Assembly (NCBI GenBank): GCA_012295275.1
Contig: CM022670.1
Location: 17,360,001 to 17,424,000 of the forward strand
DNA from: Chrysomallon squamiferum
Lineage: Eukaryota > Animalia > Mollusca
DNA length: 64,000 nucleotides
Direction of reading: 5' to 3'
Shown in pieces: positions 39,816 to 52,889 of the stretch. The stretch's first letter is position 1, and the number at the start of each line of letters is the position of its first letter. The notes beneath the pieces are model-generated. The model was not told the DNA's origin. It worked only from the letters and a program-made list of their open reading frames with translations, and ran no database searches. A program made the translations under genes and the position numbers.

Positions 39816-42800
39816 AATAAATGGGTCATTCCGTGTCAAATCACCCAATGGTTTAAACCCGACCGTCTCAGATTTTTATGAAACTTGGTATACTTGTTGA
39901 CTGGGATCCCACAGCACCAAATCTGACATTTTAGCTCAATCAGACCAGTGGTGTGGGAGATACGGCCCACGGAATTTTGAGATTTTTGCCAAAAATGGGT
40001 GTGACCACCAACCTTAGAACCCTCATATCTCAGGAACTACTGGGCCAATCTTCACAAAATTGGTATTGTTAGAAAGGCAAAATGACAAGGATACCAAATC
40101 TGCCAATTTTGTTTAGTTTGGAAAATATTGGAGTACCTTGACCTTTTGACCTTTGCTATGACCTTGAAATTGACCGTGTGGATCACGTGATCTTGAGATG
40201 ACCTTTATTGAAATTTAATCTCCCACATGTTAACTAAAACATATAAAAGTTTCCTGGGTGTAATATTTTTGTTTAGCCACAATATAGATTTAAAAAATGC
40301 ACATACCTGAAAATAACACCTTTTCAGCCATTAACATCTGATTGACTAAAACCTGAATGATCAATTCTGGATGCTAGGAATCACCATCTCTCTTGATCAT
40401 CGAGTAAGACATTGTAGGCCTAATGTATGCATAAAGTTCACATATAAAAGTTTCCTGGGTATAATATTTTTTGTTTAGCCTTAATAGAGATTTAAAAAAA
40501 TGCATACCTGCATGGATGATTGATACAATGCATTACAATGTACATTTTCTCTGAGACTAAAAACTCATCTTTGGAGTTAAAACCCACCTGACATGTCTGA
40601 AGGAATGCCTGAAGGATATGAAAAGATGCCAAATGGCATGACATGTTCTACACAATCAGGCTCAAAGGGTTAACAGGAAGTAATGCTTCAGGCAGGTCAG
40701 GAACTCCTTTAGATTCCCTGGTGCAATCCCCATTGAGCACATGGCAATTTGAAGTTTAAGACAAAGAAGTTTCTTCATCTGTATTTCTTTGACAATCTGA
40801 AGCTTTTTAAGTTGGACACAATGTCAGATGTTGATATATAAACAATATTTTTATTTCATAAAACCTATTAAGTAATTTTATCATGTCATGTGGGCCTTGC
40901 CATTGGTTTTGAATAAGGCTTCAGTCAACAACAGTACAACCCAGTCTGAAATCAGACGTCATCAAGTGATGTACTGCATAATGTATTTGTACACCCAGTC
41001 TTCGGCACAGAGTATGAACAAGGTCTACTTCACCTTAATAAACTGTGATTTATACTTGAGAAGATTGACATAAATGCCCAAGACTTGTGGGCCTTTGGCA
41101 ATAACACATGTACTCTGCTGCCATTTTATGACCTGCTTAACTTTACTGAAAGGGTTTCAGGATTTGATTTAATATTTAGGAAAGCACTGACTTTGAATTG
41201 AAGGTGCAGGACAATACTGAAAATCCTTATTTCTTCCAGGGCTAACTGCAGCTTTAACTCTCCTGAAAATGTGTGTTATCAACACCATCATATCAAAAAG
41301 GAGTTGTTGCAAAGTGTACGGAAAACTGAGGAAATCGAACTCCTCACTCTTTGAAGTGGGATCAAAACACGGGACATCAAGAGTATCATGAACAAGAACG
41401 TTTCATCAAATTTTCAACATCGCAGAAAAACTGTTGTGGTCCCCTTAATCGCCACCCTGAGCAAGCACGCACTAGATCTTTAAGAATTGTTAGCATGGGC
41501 ACTTACAAATGCTTAGTAAATCCTCCAAAGACACTAGTGCCAGGAGACAAGTTGTGCTGTGACTGTCTGATTACCCTTCAGAAATCAAAGGTCCTGCAGA
41601 GGATGGCTTTAGTATGGGTGGTACTACAATGGGAGAATTTGGTGATAACTTGCCAGACAAACCGCTGGTTGTTGTTTCCCCAGAAAAGGACTTTGATTTG
41701 AATTCTATTCTGTTGAGTTTAGGCGAAACGCCTGTCAAACTCCATTCACTAGCACATTCCAGTAAATGAATGAAAGGACAGAAAAAAACTAGCATCAGCT
41801 ACAGTAACATTAAAATGACATCTTAATGTCTGAATCCAACCCAGAGCGTGTGCAAATCTTGATTTTGTCACCCTTTACCATTGAAAGGACAATGAATTGA
41901 AGGAGGAAATAATCCAATTTTATGAAAGTGATGAGAACAGTAGAATGTGTCTGGGAATGAAGGATACAGTGAGCATTTGAAACAAACATAGTGAGAAGGT
42001 TAAGCATCAGAAACACCTAGTTCTCTCAAATTTATGTGAACTTTATGCATACATGTAGGCCTACAATGTCTTACTCGATGATCAAGAAAGATGGTGATCC
42101 CTAGCATCCAGAATTGATCATTCAGGTTTTAGTTAATCAGATGTTAATGGCTGTAAACGTGTTATTTTCATGTATGTGCATTTTTTAAATCTATATTGTG
42201 GCTAAACAAAAAATATTACACCCAGGAAACTTTTATATGTTTTAGTTAACATGTGGGAGATTAAATTTCAATAAAGGTCATCTCAAGATCACGTGATCCA
42301 CACGGTCAATTTCAAGGTCATAGCAAAGGTCAAAAGGTCAAGGTACTCCAATATTTTCCAAACTAAACAAAAATGGCAGATTTGGTATCCTTGTCATTTT
42401 GCCTTTCTGACAATACCAATTTTATGAAGATTGGCCCAGTAGTTCCTGAGATATGAGGGTTCTAAGGTTGGTGGTCACACCCATTTTTGGCAAAAATCTC
42501 AAAATTCCGTGGGCCGTATCTCCCACACCACTGGTCTGATTGAGCTAAAATGTCAGATTTGGTGCTGTGGGATCCCAGTCAACAAGTATACCAAGTTTTA
42601 TAAAAATCTGAGACGGTCGGGTTTAAATTTCTTTTTTTTTTGGGTGATTTGACACGGAATGACCCAAATAAAATAATATACATAAAAAATAATTTAAAAA
42701 AAATAAGATAATGGATAGTTTTTACTTTACCAGTACAAATATTATGGATAACTTTACAGATCTACACAAAATAAAATGTTACAAATAAATATATCTAAAA

Positions 42801-42968
42801 CATAAAATTAAGGGTTAGGGTTAGCGTTAGTAATATGATAACCTATAATACGGCTATATAAAAACATGTATTAAATTTGGTAACAGTAAACTAAAACTGC
42901 ACCAACATAAAAACAAAAAAATACACGAAAAAAATATATAGATAAATTATTATTATTATTATGATTAC

Positions 42969-43024
<56 letters not shown>

Positions 43025-43204
43025 ACAAATTACTATCACTGTATCAATGGTTTGGTCCGTAATTTACTATCTTCGTTTTGTTTGCCAGCAGCAGAATCCT
43101 AAAATAAATGTTTTTACTACATGACATAATCAACATTAAGTACCTGAAGGTGCAAGTCTTATTCTTCCGAAAATATGCGTAATTATGCTTGCCACAGAAA
43201 ACAT
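34404..43204 (-). CDS. NAXD: ATP-dependent (S)-NAD(P)H-hydrate dehydratase (NAXD/CARKD, YjeF-C carbohydrate-kinase family); 3'-partial, 9 coding exons
   Basis: Exons (minus): 43204-43144, 39512-39374, 38998-38953, 38772-38684, 37925-37823, 37237-37187, 36651-36547, 36109-35989, 34524-34404. All introns are GT-AG with compatible phases (836 nt, 278 codons + 2 nt). Family motifs in the translation: [94 protein letters not shown]. Exon 1 ([20 protein letters not shown]) is less certain than the rest. The final exon was not found. Confidence 0.95.
36261..36305. repeat. (ATAC)n microsatellite in a NAXD intron
   Basis: About 11 units, read directly. Confidence 0.95.
39823..42665 (+). mobile_element. 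Sola2-type DNA transposon, non-autonomous deletion derivative, in NAXD intron 1
   Basis: Termini GGGTCATTCCGTGTCAAATCACCCAA...TTGGGTGATTTGACACGGAATGACCC. Inverted arms 39823-40444 and 42033-42665. AAAT on both sides (39819-22, 42666-69) fits a 4-bp TSD, though it lies in an AAAT tract. Plus-strand relics with stops: [28 protein letters not shown] (~41420-41570), [18 protein letters not shown] (~41700) and [35 protein letters not shown] (~41910-42046), motifs I recognise from Sola2 transposases. GRG termini, long TIRs and a 4-bp TSD fit Sola2. Confidence 0.88.
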
Positions 43205-44150
43205 TTTAAGGAAAATAAAAACAATTAAAATATTACGACGTCGATATTGACTTATCTCCTCTCCTTTTTACAGAATCAAACGCGGTTTCGGACTGTATTA
43301 TATTTTGGATACGGATGTCTTGTCATATTATGATATTTCTATTACTCATTTATGTAGCTTACAAATTAGTGATTTCTCATTCCAAAAATTATTTTATTGG
43401 TTATTTACTAGTGAGATTTTGTTACTCATTAATGGCGTATATTTTTGCATATCTAAGTAAAGGAATATTATTAATAAATATGTGTGACAAAGAAAAAAAT
43501 AAATAAATAAAGGAAACAAATAATTATATGAAACAGATAATACATTTTGGTTTGCAAAATATTGATCACCAAATCTCTCATATACAAAGCACGCCCTCTA
43601 CGATTTGAAACTAAAAATAGAAAAATAATACTGATTTTATGATACTCAATAAAAGTTTAATTCGACCTTCTCATAACGCCGAATTACTACAGAATTCATT
43701 AAAAAAAACCCAAAAAAAAACAAACAAAAAAAACACATATTTCATGTTTTTATATCATTTTATTTATTATTTTAATATTAATCCTCATTTTCAATTTTTT
43801 TCCTTTTTTACTCTTTCCTTTTTATTTATTATTATTTATTTTTTTGTTCTTACTGTAGCTTTCGGTGGCTCCGTTCTTAAATAATAATAATTAACATTGG
43901 TAAACCATATGTAGCTTTGAAAGAACTACAGATGTCGAATCGGACGAAGGCCGTACAATTATGGTGAAGATTAGATCAGGAAAAATTAAATGTAGTTCTA
44001 CTGCGCATATTATTTACTATAAATGATAAACAGCGACGATACATTATAAACAGATTTTGTAAACGCTTTCTTTTTGGATAAATATAATCTTTGACATAAC
44101 ATTTAAAATTTGTCTTTACATTGACTAAAACAATGTGTTTTTAGAAAGTA
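43205..44150. promoter_or_regulatory. Putative shared/bidirectional promoter region of NAXD and EIF2B3
   Basis: Divergent genes with ATGs at 43204 (-) and 45495 (+). Local CpG enrichment at 43230-43320 and 43860-44040. Inverted ACTACA/TGTAGT motifs at 43925 and 43991, and TGCGCAT at 44002. Confidence 0.6.
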
Positions 44151-45494
44151 AACGAACTAGCTCTGTTATTCTTTCTTAATTACTATAAATTTACGCGAAC
44201 AACATAAATACGTCTTAATTACGATTGAGTGTGTGTCTATCTCAGTATCTGTGTGCGTATGTGTGTGTGTGTTTTAAAATCCCCCCAAAATTCCAACAAC
44301 AACAAACCAAAACATAAACATTAATTTATTTCATGTTGTAGTTAATTATGTGCTTTTACGATAAACCATTGTTCTCAGTATAAATTACGGGGTTATGGTT
44401 CCTGAATAGTAAGGTAAAGGTCAAATGAAACTTAATTTGGGTACCAGTTCAACTAAAACTGTGTATCAGTGGATTACAGCATGTTTTTCTTTAATTATAA
44501 ACACTAACATATTGTTAACCTTTATTATAATATGAATATTCTCTGTGTTTACAGCGGGAATTTCATTTACCACTGTTATTGTCTATGAGAAAAAAATTAT
44601 TTAAAAAATAATAATAATAAAAATAAAAAAAAAAAATTAAAAAAAATTTTATTCGCTTTGGAAGAAACTTAGAAAGGTTCATTTTTTTATCTTTTAATAT
44701 TTATTTATTTATTTTAATATTTTTAATAAATTTTATTTAGATAACGATACTGGCTAGTCTTAATAATTATATTTCATACATTTAAGTATTGGAAGTAACA
44801 AGGAACTGGATAAGGATACTTTTGTTTATGAGCTTCGTTTTAGCCGAGCTACAAATTGTACAATAATTACTGAGAAATTCTGATCATTATTTACATTGTG
44901 ACTGTCAGTGTCACTGCTCGTTCATTTATTAGTGATTAGAAAGTTCGTTTTTATTATTTTATAATTATTTAGTATCGATTTTGTTATCTAATGAAAATGA
45001 ACTGAAAAAAACACCATCAAATAATGGCACATACTTTTTAATAGTAACATATTAGAAATTAAAATAAATAAATGTTAGTATCTATCAAAATTTTAATCTT
45101 TAACTAGGGACAAATTAGAAGATCAACGTACAAATTGTTATCAATGCCCAAATATATTTTAGCAGTACAGTTTTATTGGTAACCTTCATTGTTAACTAAG
45201 ATTATTTGACAAAAATGGATTCAAACTTTATTTAGACTATTTCTTTTTATTATTATATATACCCATCAACTTTGTCCAGTTATAACTAATCATTTGTAAA
45301 CTAAAACGAAAGTTTAAAAAAGTAACAAAATAAATAAATAAAAAGTAAAAAAAAAAAAAAACGTTTTGTTCTTTTCAGGTTATACATTTTGTGAAACATT
45401 AAAAGCCATTATTCAATAATTTATTGGTTTGACATTTTCCAAAATTTAAAACCTTACATGTGAGAGGTGGTTTATAGAACTGAACATTTGTTAA

Positions 45495-48400
45495 ATGATG
45501 GAGTTTCAAGCTGTTGTGATGGCTGCAGGGACTGGCTCTAGAATGACAGATCTCACCTCTCGCTGTCCAAAAGCTTTGCTTCCAGTTGGAAATTACCCTT
45601 TGCTGTGGTATCCAGTGAATGCTCTGGAAAGAGCTGGATTTGAAGGTATTTGAAGCTATTTGAAGCTGGATCAGATCAGTATACTGGCTTTAGACTTTGT
45701 TATTATCATTACATATTATAACTTGTGAACTTGAGGGTTATAGTTTAAGATTTATTTGCTGTTTTAAATTGTAGAGACCTTTTTTTCTTTTTTACACAAA
45801 AATATATCAGAAAATGAAAATATATTAGTATTACTAAAATAGAGCTTAAATAAAGCAAGCTGAAAAAACAAATGTTAAATATAAAAATTATTTTATTATT
45901 GTTAAATTTTCATTACTCTTGTCTACTTATATGTCAAATATACTAGAAAATAAAAATATATTAATATTACTAAAATAAAGATTATAAGTCTATTTAAACT
46001 GGTAGATTTGGTGAAGAAATAAACACCTTCAATATAATAATTATACTGTTAAATTTTTATTAATCAGTTATTATAATTAATATTATTATTAGTGTTTTGG
46101 GTTTTTTCTTCTTTTTTTTACAGAGATTATAGTGATAGTGCTGGAATCTTTTGCTGGAGAAGCACAAAGGCTGCTATATGAAGTGTGTGATGTTAAAATT
46201 AAGATTGACTTTGTTTCTATACCTGACAGTGACTACCTTGGCACTGCAGACTCACTTCGCTTAATCAAGGACAAAATCAAGGTATATTCATATGATCTTA
46301 TTTAAATAGAAAACATTATTTTAATATTTTATGAAATTCTAAAACAACACATTTACTTATTTTTTATGTGTGTTATTCATGACAAATTTGACCAGTTACA
46401 TTTTTAAGTCACAGAATTTATTTTTTTAGAATTAAATAAAAAAGATAAAATATTTTGTTATTTCTTAGTAACAATTCATGTAGCTGCATAAAAAAACACA
46501 TAGAAAGTAAACCCACACTAATTTAATATGCATAGTAAATAATATTGGCTTGCATGATTAAATATTCAGATTTTTGAAATCATTCACATCCTCATATTAA
46601 TTAACATTCTTATTTATCAACTATTTCATAAACAGAAAAGTTTAAAGCATTTTTTCCCATATTTTTGCATGCACCTGTCAAATTAATCACCACCAAAGAT
46701 GACAGATAAATTTATTATTTAGACTGTATTTATTTTTGTTGCATTGTGATTGTCATATATTGTTTGAACCCTGTCACTGAATACAAAATAGTGCCATAAT
46801 GCCCTGAAACCTACAGTTGTCATAACTACATAGACACAATGCAAGTTTATCTTTTCAAAGAACAGCAGTTTGGAATTCAGTCATCTGTGTTAGGTGTGTG
46901 CTTTTTGCACAATTATATGTCATTCAAGGAGATAAGCATTCACAGATTGTGTAAATTGTATGTATTCCTGTTGTCACATTAGACCTTAGAAACACACTCA
47001 GTGAGATGTTGCTATGATTTATATATTATATTGAAATGACAGCTGGCTGGAATGACCAACGATAGTGTAATTTCATGGTAATTTGTTTGTTTTATATTAG
47101 TAAATCTATTTAATATCTATAGACAGATGTTCTGATCGTGAGCTGTGATCTGATATCTGACATCAGTTTACACCAGATAGCTAACATCCACCGTGCTTAC
47201 GATTCATCAGTTACCATGTTGTTATCTCCACTTCCTGAACAATATGCTGATGTGCCAGCCCCTGGGGTGAAATCAAGAAAGAAAGCAGGTTGTTCCATAT
47301 GTACATTATATTTTTGTAAATAGCAGATCTATTTTTTGGTTACATCTTAAATAATGATGAATTGTGATGATAATAAATTATTAACAAGTCACATTGCCAC
47401 TGTTCTATTGTTTTTTAGATGCATTAGAATTATCTGCTCAAGTTTATTTCCATTTAAATTTTAAATAATTAACTTTTCAGCTGACTTCATTTTCTTATCT
47501 TTAAAATTCTTTTCAGTGTACTTATTCCGAAGTATAAATTTTTTCTACATCAGCTTTTCTAAAAAAAAATAATTCTTAAACTCAAGTACAGCTGTGTTCA
47601 TTTCAGAGAGGGATTTTATTGGATTTGATGAAAGTGGGAAAAGAATTTTGTTTTTGACATCTGAAGCAGATTTAGAGGAAAATGTTACATTTCACAAGTC
47701 TCTTCTTAAAAAGTGAGTGAAAAGTCTGAACAATTATATATGTTAATAAGAGTAAATCGTAAGTAATAATAAAGATTTTCTTTAAAACACTAATTATTTG
47801 AAAAAACCCATCATTATTAACTTTGCTTCATATAAAATAATAGTAACATTTGTGTAAAACTTTGTTTTCCAGACATCCGTATATTAACATCAGATCTCGA
47901 CTTACTGACTGTCATCTGTACTTGATGAAGAATTGGGTGGTTAACTTTGCTGCTGAAAATAAGTAAATATCCACTTTCTCATCTTTTCTTAATGTTTTTT
48001 CTTTTAATTTGTGCTAATGGATGCATCTGCACCACATATAAATATTCCTGTTTTAAACCTATGAATGATGTGATATATTCTAATAAAAATTAAAAATCAT
48101 TATGGATATGCATCTCTGTTTATTTTTGTATTCCTGTATTTTAGCTACATTTTGAAATGGTATCTTTTGATGTTAGATAAATAATGATGTTAATGATATT
48201 TTGTTTCAGTAATATTCATTTAGAAAACATTTAAATATGTGGGGTTTTTTTCTTTTGCTTTTATCGTTTGCAGAAAAATCTCCACACTCAAAGGTGAATT
48301 AATTCCATATTTGGTGAAAAAACAGTTTTCTAAATCAAAACCTCAGGATGTACCACTCCTTGATGCTTCAGTTGTTTCTGCAGATACGAAGTCAGGTTTG

Positions 48401-50317
48401 CTATGTTTCATTTATCAGTTTTCAATTAACAAAAACTAAAGATGAAGGTAGATACTGTTGTGTTATGTCTAATAGCCTTTATAGTGCTAAACTTATTGAT
48501 AACATTGTTAAAATGTGTTTTTTCAGATATTCATAGTTTTACTTGTGAAGATCAGCTGACATTAATGGTAAGGACTCTGTCAACATGGATAGACCATGAA
48601 GGTGACATGGCAGAATGTTTCCATGGTGATAATATACGATGTTATGCTTACATCCAAGAAGAAGGTTTCTGTGTTCGTGTAAACACACTTGGAACATATT
48701 GTGAAGCAAACAGACAGGTTTTCTATATTTAATTACATTTCTGTTAATAAATTCCCAAGATATTTTAGGTTCATTCAATTTTTTGTGTTGTATTTTATCA
48801 CAAAAAGCAGTAGTTTATGCTCTTTAATCAGATGTCTTTAATCATTTTATTTGTCTTACATTTTTCAAAATGTCATTTTAAAATGATTTTAATATATTCA
48901 ACTTCATATTGTATTCTTGAGAAATTTATGTAATAAATAAATTGTTTCTTCCACAATAAAAGTATACAGAAATCTCACTATTCATTTATTGATAAAAATT
49001 AGCTGTGTAATAATACTTTGAGCAAATCATAACTAAACTTATGCAGAGATTAATACTGTACAGTTACAATTTGTATTATGATATGGATATTTGGACTGTG
49101 TCACTTTTATTTCAGATTCCCAGACTTTTGAGTGTGCTGGCACCAAACAAGGATATTAGCAATATTCACCCATCAACAACAATCAAAGAAAAGTCTCAGG
49201 TTAGTGGGAAACATTTCCAGTAATAAAAAAGTTTACAAGAAAGTTAACATGTTTAAGCAAATTGTATTTTCCTGGATTGACTGATAAAACAAATGTCCAT
49301 CTAAACTGTTTTTTCATTAATGTTGTTTCCTCTTTCCTTTAAAATAAACTAGAATAAAATAAACTATTTGATTAAATTTCCCAAACATTCATTTATGAAA
49401 CATAACAAGAATGAGCATTAGAAAAAATGGGATTAACATTACCAGAATTATTTTTCAGATAGGTAATGACTGCCTAGTCAATGAAGGTGTATCAATTGGA
49501 GAACGTGTGTCAGTAAAACGGTCAGTAATTGGGAGACACTGTATCTTAGGAGACAAGGTCAAGGTTGCCAATTCTATTATAATGGATCATGTTTCAATTC
49601 GAGAAGGGTAAATAACTATTATTCTCAAAGTTTTATGACAAAACTAAAAGCTACATACATTTGTTTTTACGTCTACAACATTCTTTGTTGTGTGTGCATG
49701 CATGCTTATTTTGTTTATTATTACCTGTAAAGTTTCAAGTAAGTTACTTACATTGAAGTCTTTAAAATAAATGTTATTTACTGTAAAAGGACTTAAATGT
49801 AACAAGTTTTCAGGGGCTTTTTAATAAAACAAACAAGTTCTGTGTATTATTTGTCTGCACATTATTTAAATTTTTTGTACACAATATGTTTTCAACAAAT
49901 ATCAAAGGATAACAAGTATTGACATATGTGTACCTTTTTTTTCCCAGGTCAACAATTACTGGGAGTATAATCTGTGACAGAGCAACTATTAGTGATAAGT
50001 GTGAACTTAAAGACTGCATTGTTGGCCATTCTCAAACAATTATTACTATGGGTATGTTGCAATTGAAACTTTTTAAACAAAATTTTAGTTCAACATTGTG
50101 TGTGAATGAAATGTTTTATTTATTTTTAAATTTTGATATGTATCAGATTTAACAGTAGATTGACATCTAAAGAATATTTTTATCTGTAAAATATATAAAG
50201 ATCTTTTTCCATTTTATGTGGATATCAATTTTTAACAACAATTTTTATATTTCATATTTTGCAGGAAAATTTACAAATGAAGCCATAATTGATGTTGACA
50301 AGATGATGGAAATATGA
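45495..50317 (+). CDS. EIF2B3: Translation initiation factor eIF2B subunit gamma, complete, 11 coding exons, 457 aa
   Basis: Exons: 45495-45645, 46124-46281, 47123-47288, 47607-47712, 47873-47962, 48274-48395, 48527-48717, 49116-49199, 49459-49607, 49948-50051, 50265-50317. All GT-AG, 1374 nt including TGA. Starts [40 protein letters not shown] (nucleotidyltransferase-like domain), contains [17 protein letters not shown] and [13 protein letters not shown], has C-terminal hexapeptide (LbH) repeats [24 protein letters not shown], and ends DKMMEI*. An acceptor at 45378 indicates an upstream non-coding exon. Confidence 0.97.
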
Positions 50318-51252
50318 AACATATAAATTGAGTTCAGAAAATAAATAAATAATTTTATTTGAAAAAAATAATATTTTTACAAAGATCTGACATTCAGAAG
50401 AAAAGATTACATATGGTCAAATGAAGAAAAGGCTGATAAAAGTAAAAAAAAATATCTGAAAAACAGAATATGGTAAAAAAACATTTTTTATTCATATCTT
50501 TATTTTGAAAAACAAAAACACATTCTTTCAGAATCATTTTAATATGAAAATAAAGGTAATAATGAAAAAACAAATTCAGAAATACAAACCTGTGAAACAA
50601 AATTTTTTATGTAATGAAAAACAAAGATGATTGAAGTAAATATGTTGGTTTTGAAATAAAAACAACACATCTTTCAGCAAATTGGAAACAAACATATAAC
50701 ATTTATAGAAACCTAGTATATGTTTTAATGTTTACTTTGCAATAATAAAATTTTTTTTAAAACCCACAAAAAAACAACAACACAATTCCACATGATAGCT
50801 GGCTGTAAAAACCTCTAAAAAATACTGATAGTTAAATAAACAAATGTGAAACAAAACATTTTTATTATTGTTTGATTTTAGAATAATTTTAAATTGTTTT
50901 GGCCTCAATTTTAAATCATATTTTAACAAGACAATCTTTATTTTTGTTCGTGTCAACAAATAAATTTTAATTCAGTACTATATACTGACAATAATATCTC
51001 TTTATAATATCTGGGGTTTTTAGATAAGGAAATTTTATGCAATTGTAATGGAAGTTAGCCGAGATGTATTTTAAACTACATATGTAAAATTTCAAGGCTG
51101 TGTCAGTAGTATTACTGAATTAGATAATTAAAAATAAAATAAAGAATATAAACTGCAAATGCTAGTGAATTAATGAGTTACTGAGTTGTGTCACTGAAAC
51201 ACAAATGTCTTCAGCTAGTCTTACATATACAAAAATTCAGAAACCTTGTTAA

Positions 51253-52889
51253 CTATTTGAACTGTGATATTCCTGGAGATGTATTATGTGGTAATATCAA
51301 GCAGTGATTGGATAGAGGTGGTTGCCATTTGGGATGTGGATACTCCTGCAAAAATTTTTGGAAAGACATACTATCTATTTTTTTCCCTCTTGAACTTTTC
51401 TTTTCCAGATACATTCCTGTAAATTAAACATTATTTTAAAGTTGTTAAATATATACTTATTACAGAAATATGTTCTGTATATGTGTGTGGATAGATAGAT
51501 ATATAGATGCTGAAAATTATTACTGTAAAGAATTTATGTCTATTGAACATTTAACTCCTTCTTTATCTCTCTGAATAATTACTTTTAGAACTAAACATTT
51601 TATTCTTGGCACTAGTATTTAATTTAAAAATCATATTAGTAATTTAATTTTGTATCAAGTAAGCTAATTAATACAAGTAGTTACAAACCTAGCTCATTTC
51701 TAGGTGCTAATGAAATACTTCGTTTACAGTCTGGCTCTTCTAGTGTAAGCAGATCCCTGATGCTCTTGGATATGATCTTAGAAACAGAAAATTTTCTTTC
51801 ATGAATCTCATAAAACGGACAGTTTTTGCAAAATACTCGTACAAAATAGCATAAAATTTTGAATTAATGAAAAAAAAATCAAACTAATTTTTTTATGTTT
51901 GTACTGTAATTCCATTTATATGTAATATTTATAATTTATTAATAAATGGAAATGAATATGTGCCAATCCTAAATTAATTGTGTGAATGGTTTTCTAAACT
52001 TACCTTAATATGTTCAAAATCATTTACTCCTATTCTAGGAAATGCAGATGCTTCAACGGTTATTAGACGTCTTCCATCAATCAGATTGTTTATAAAACAG
52101 TCCTTCAATTTAAAAAAAATTAAATAAATAAAGAAAAAAGGATAAATTTAAACCATGTTTTATAATGTTATAGTTACATTTATGTGTAATACACACACAT
52201 ATACACATTCTATGGCTAGTCACTTCATTCAGAAAAAATATTAAATGTAAATATACTTCAACCGTATTTAAAAATAAATAAATTAACGATCCATACTGAC
52301 ATATCTAATTTTTTTGTCGGAATCTAAATAACGGTGACAAGATTCTGATTTTAATAATATTTTGCACAAATAAATATCTGATTTAGATGAACAAAAAATT
52401 TCGAAGTGAGAGATACTCACCTTTTGTTTTTCATCTAAATTATTATCATGATTATGTAAAACTAATTTTTGTTGGAAAAGTTAGATTAATTGTAGAACAC
52501 AATATAAAAATATTCGAAAGCGAAACGGAGGAAAATACATGTGTTGTTACTAAAATGGTTTTTATTTCGGAAATTTTAGAAACGGACGAACTACAACACT
52601 ATTTAGGGATATTATGCATGTCACTGGATACAAGCGCCAGCATGGACATATGATGAAAAGTACGATTTCATATATAATTATAATGATTATGATGATTGTC
52701 GTCAGAAACTGAATATTTATTTTAGTTATGTGTAATTTCGATACTGTTACATGACTGAATAATTACCTTATATTGGGGAAATCCGAGATCTTGGATCCAA
52801 TCTGCAACTTGATCACAAGACCAAAACAAAGCTTTTGGAACAATCTCATCTTTAAAATCCTCGAGTTCGCTGGCAGTGTGCGCAGACAT
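51253..52889 (-). CDS. SAMD15: Sterile alpha motif domain-containing protein 15-like (short form), complete, 4 exons, 157 aa
   Basis: Exons (minus): 52889-52767, 52102-52004, 51776-51689, 51416-51253. All GT-AG, 474 nt including TAG. SAM domain: WSCDQVADWIQDLGFPQYKDCFINNLIDGRRLITVEASAFPRIGVNDFEHIKIISKSIRDLL. It is followed by RSISLAPRNELGMYLEKKSSRG, which resembles the SAMD15 C-terminal extension. Symbol assigned from recalled similarity, not a search. Confidence 0.88.

Noticed and set aside
41571-42016. Minus-strand ORFs inside the transposon
   Set aside because: They are antisense shadows; the recognisable transposase motifs are on the plus strand.
42808-42830. Telomere-like AGGGTTAGGGTTAGCGTTAG
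   Set aside because: Only about three imperfect units, too short to call an interstitial telomeric site.
43068-43098. 31-nt AG..GT-bounded block just after NAXD exon 1 as an extra exon
   Set aside because: It would need a 45-nt intron and breaks the reading phase with exon 2.
44380-44900. Possible repeat fragments upstream of EIF2B3 (GGGGTTATGGTTCCTGAA..., TTTTAGCCGAGCT...)
   Set aside because: They look transposon-derived, but no termini, TSD or family could be established from this window.
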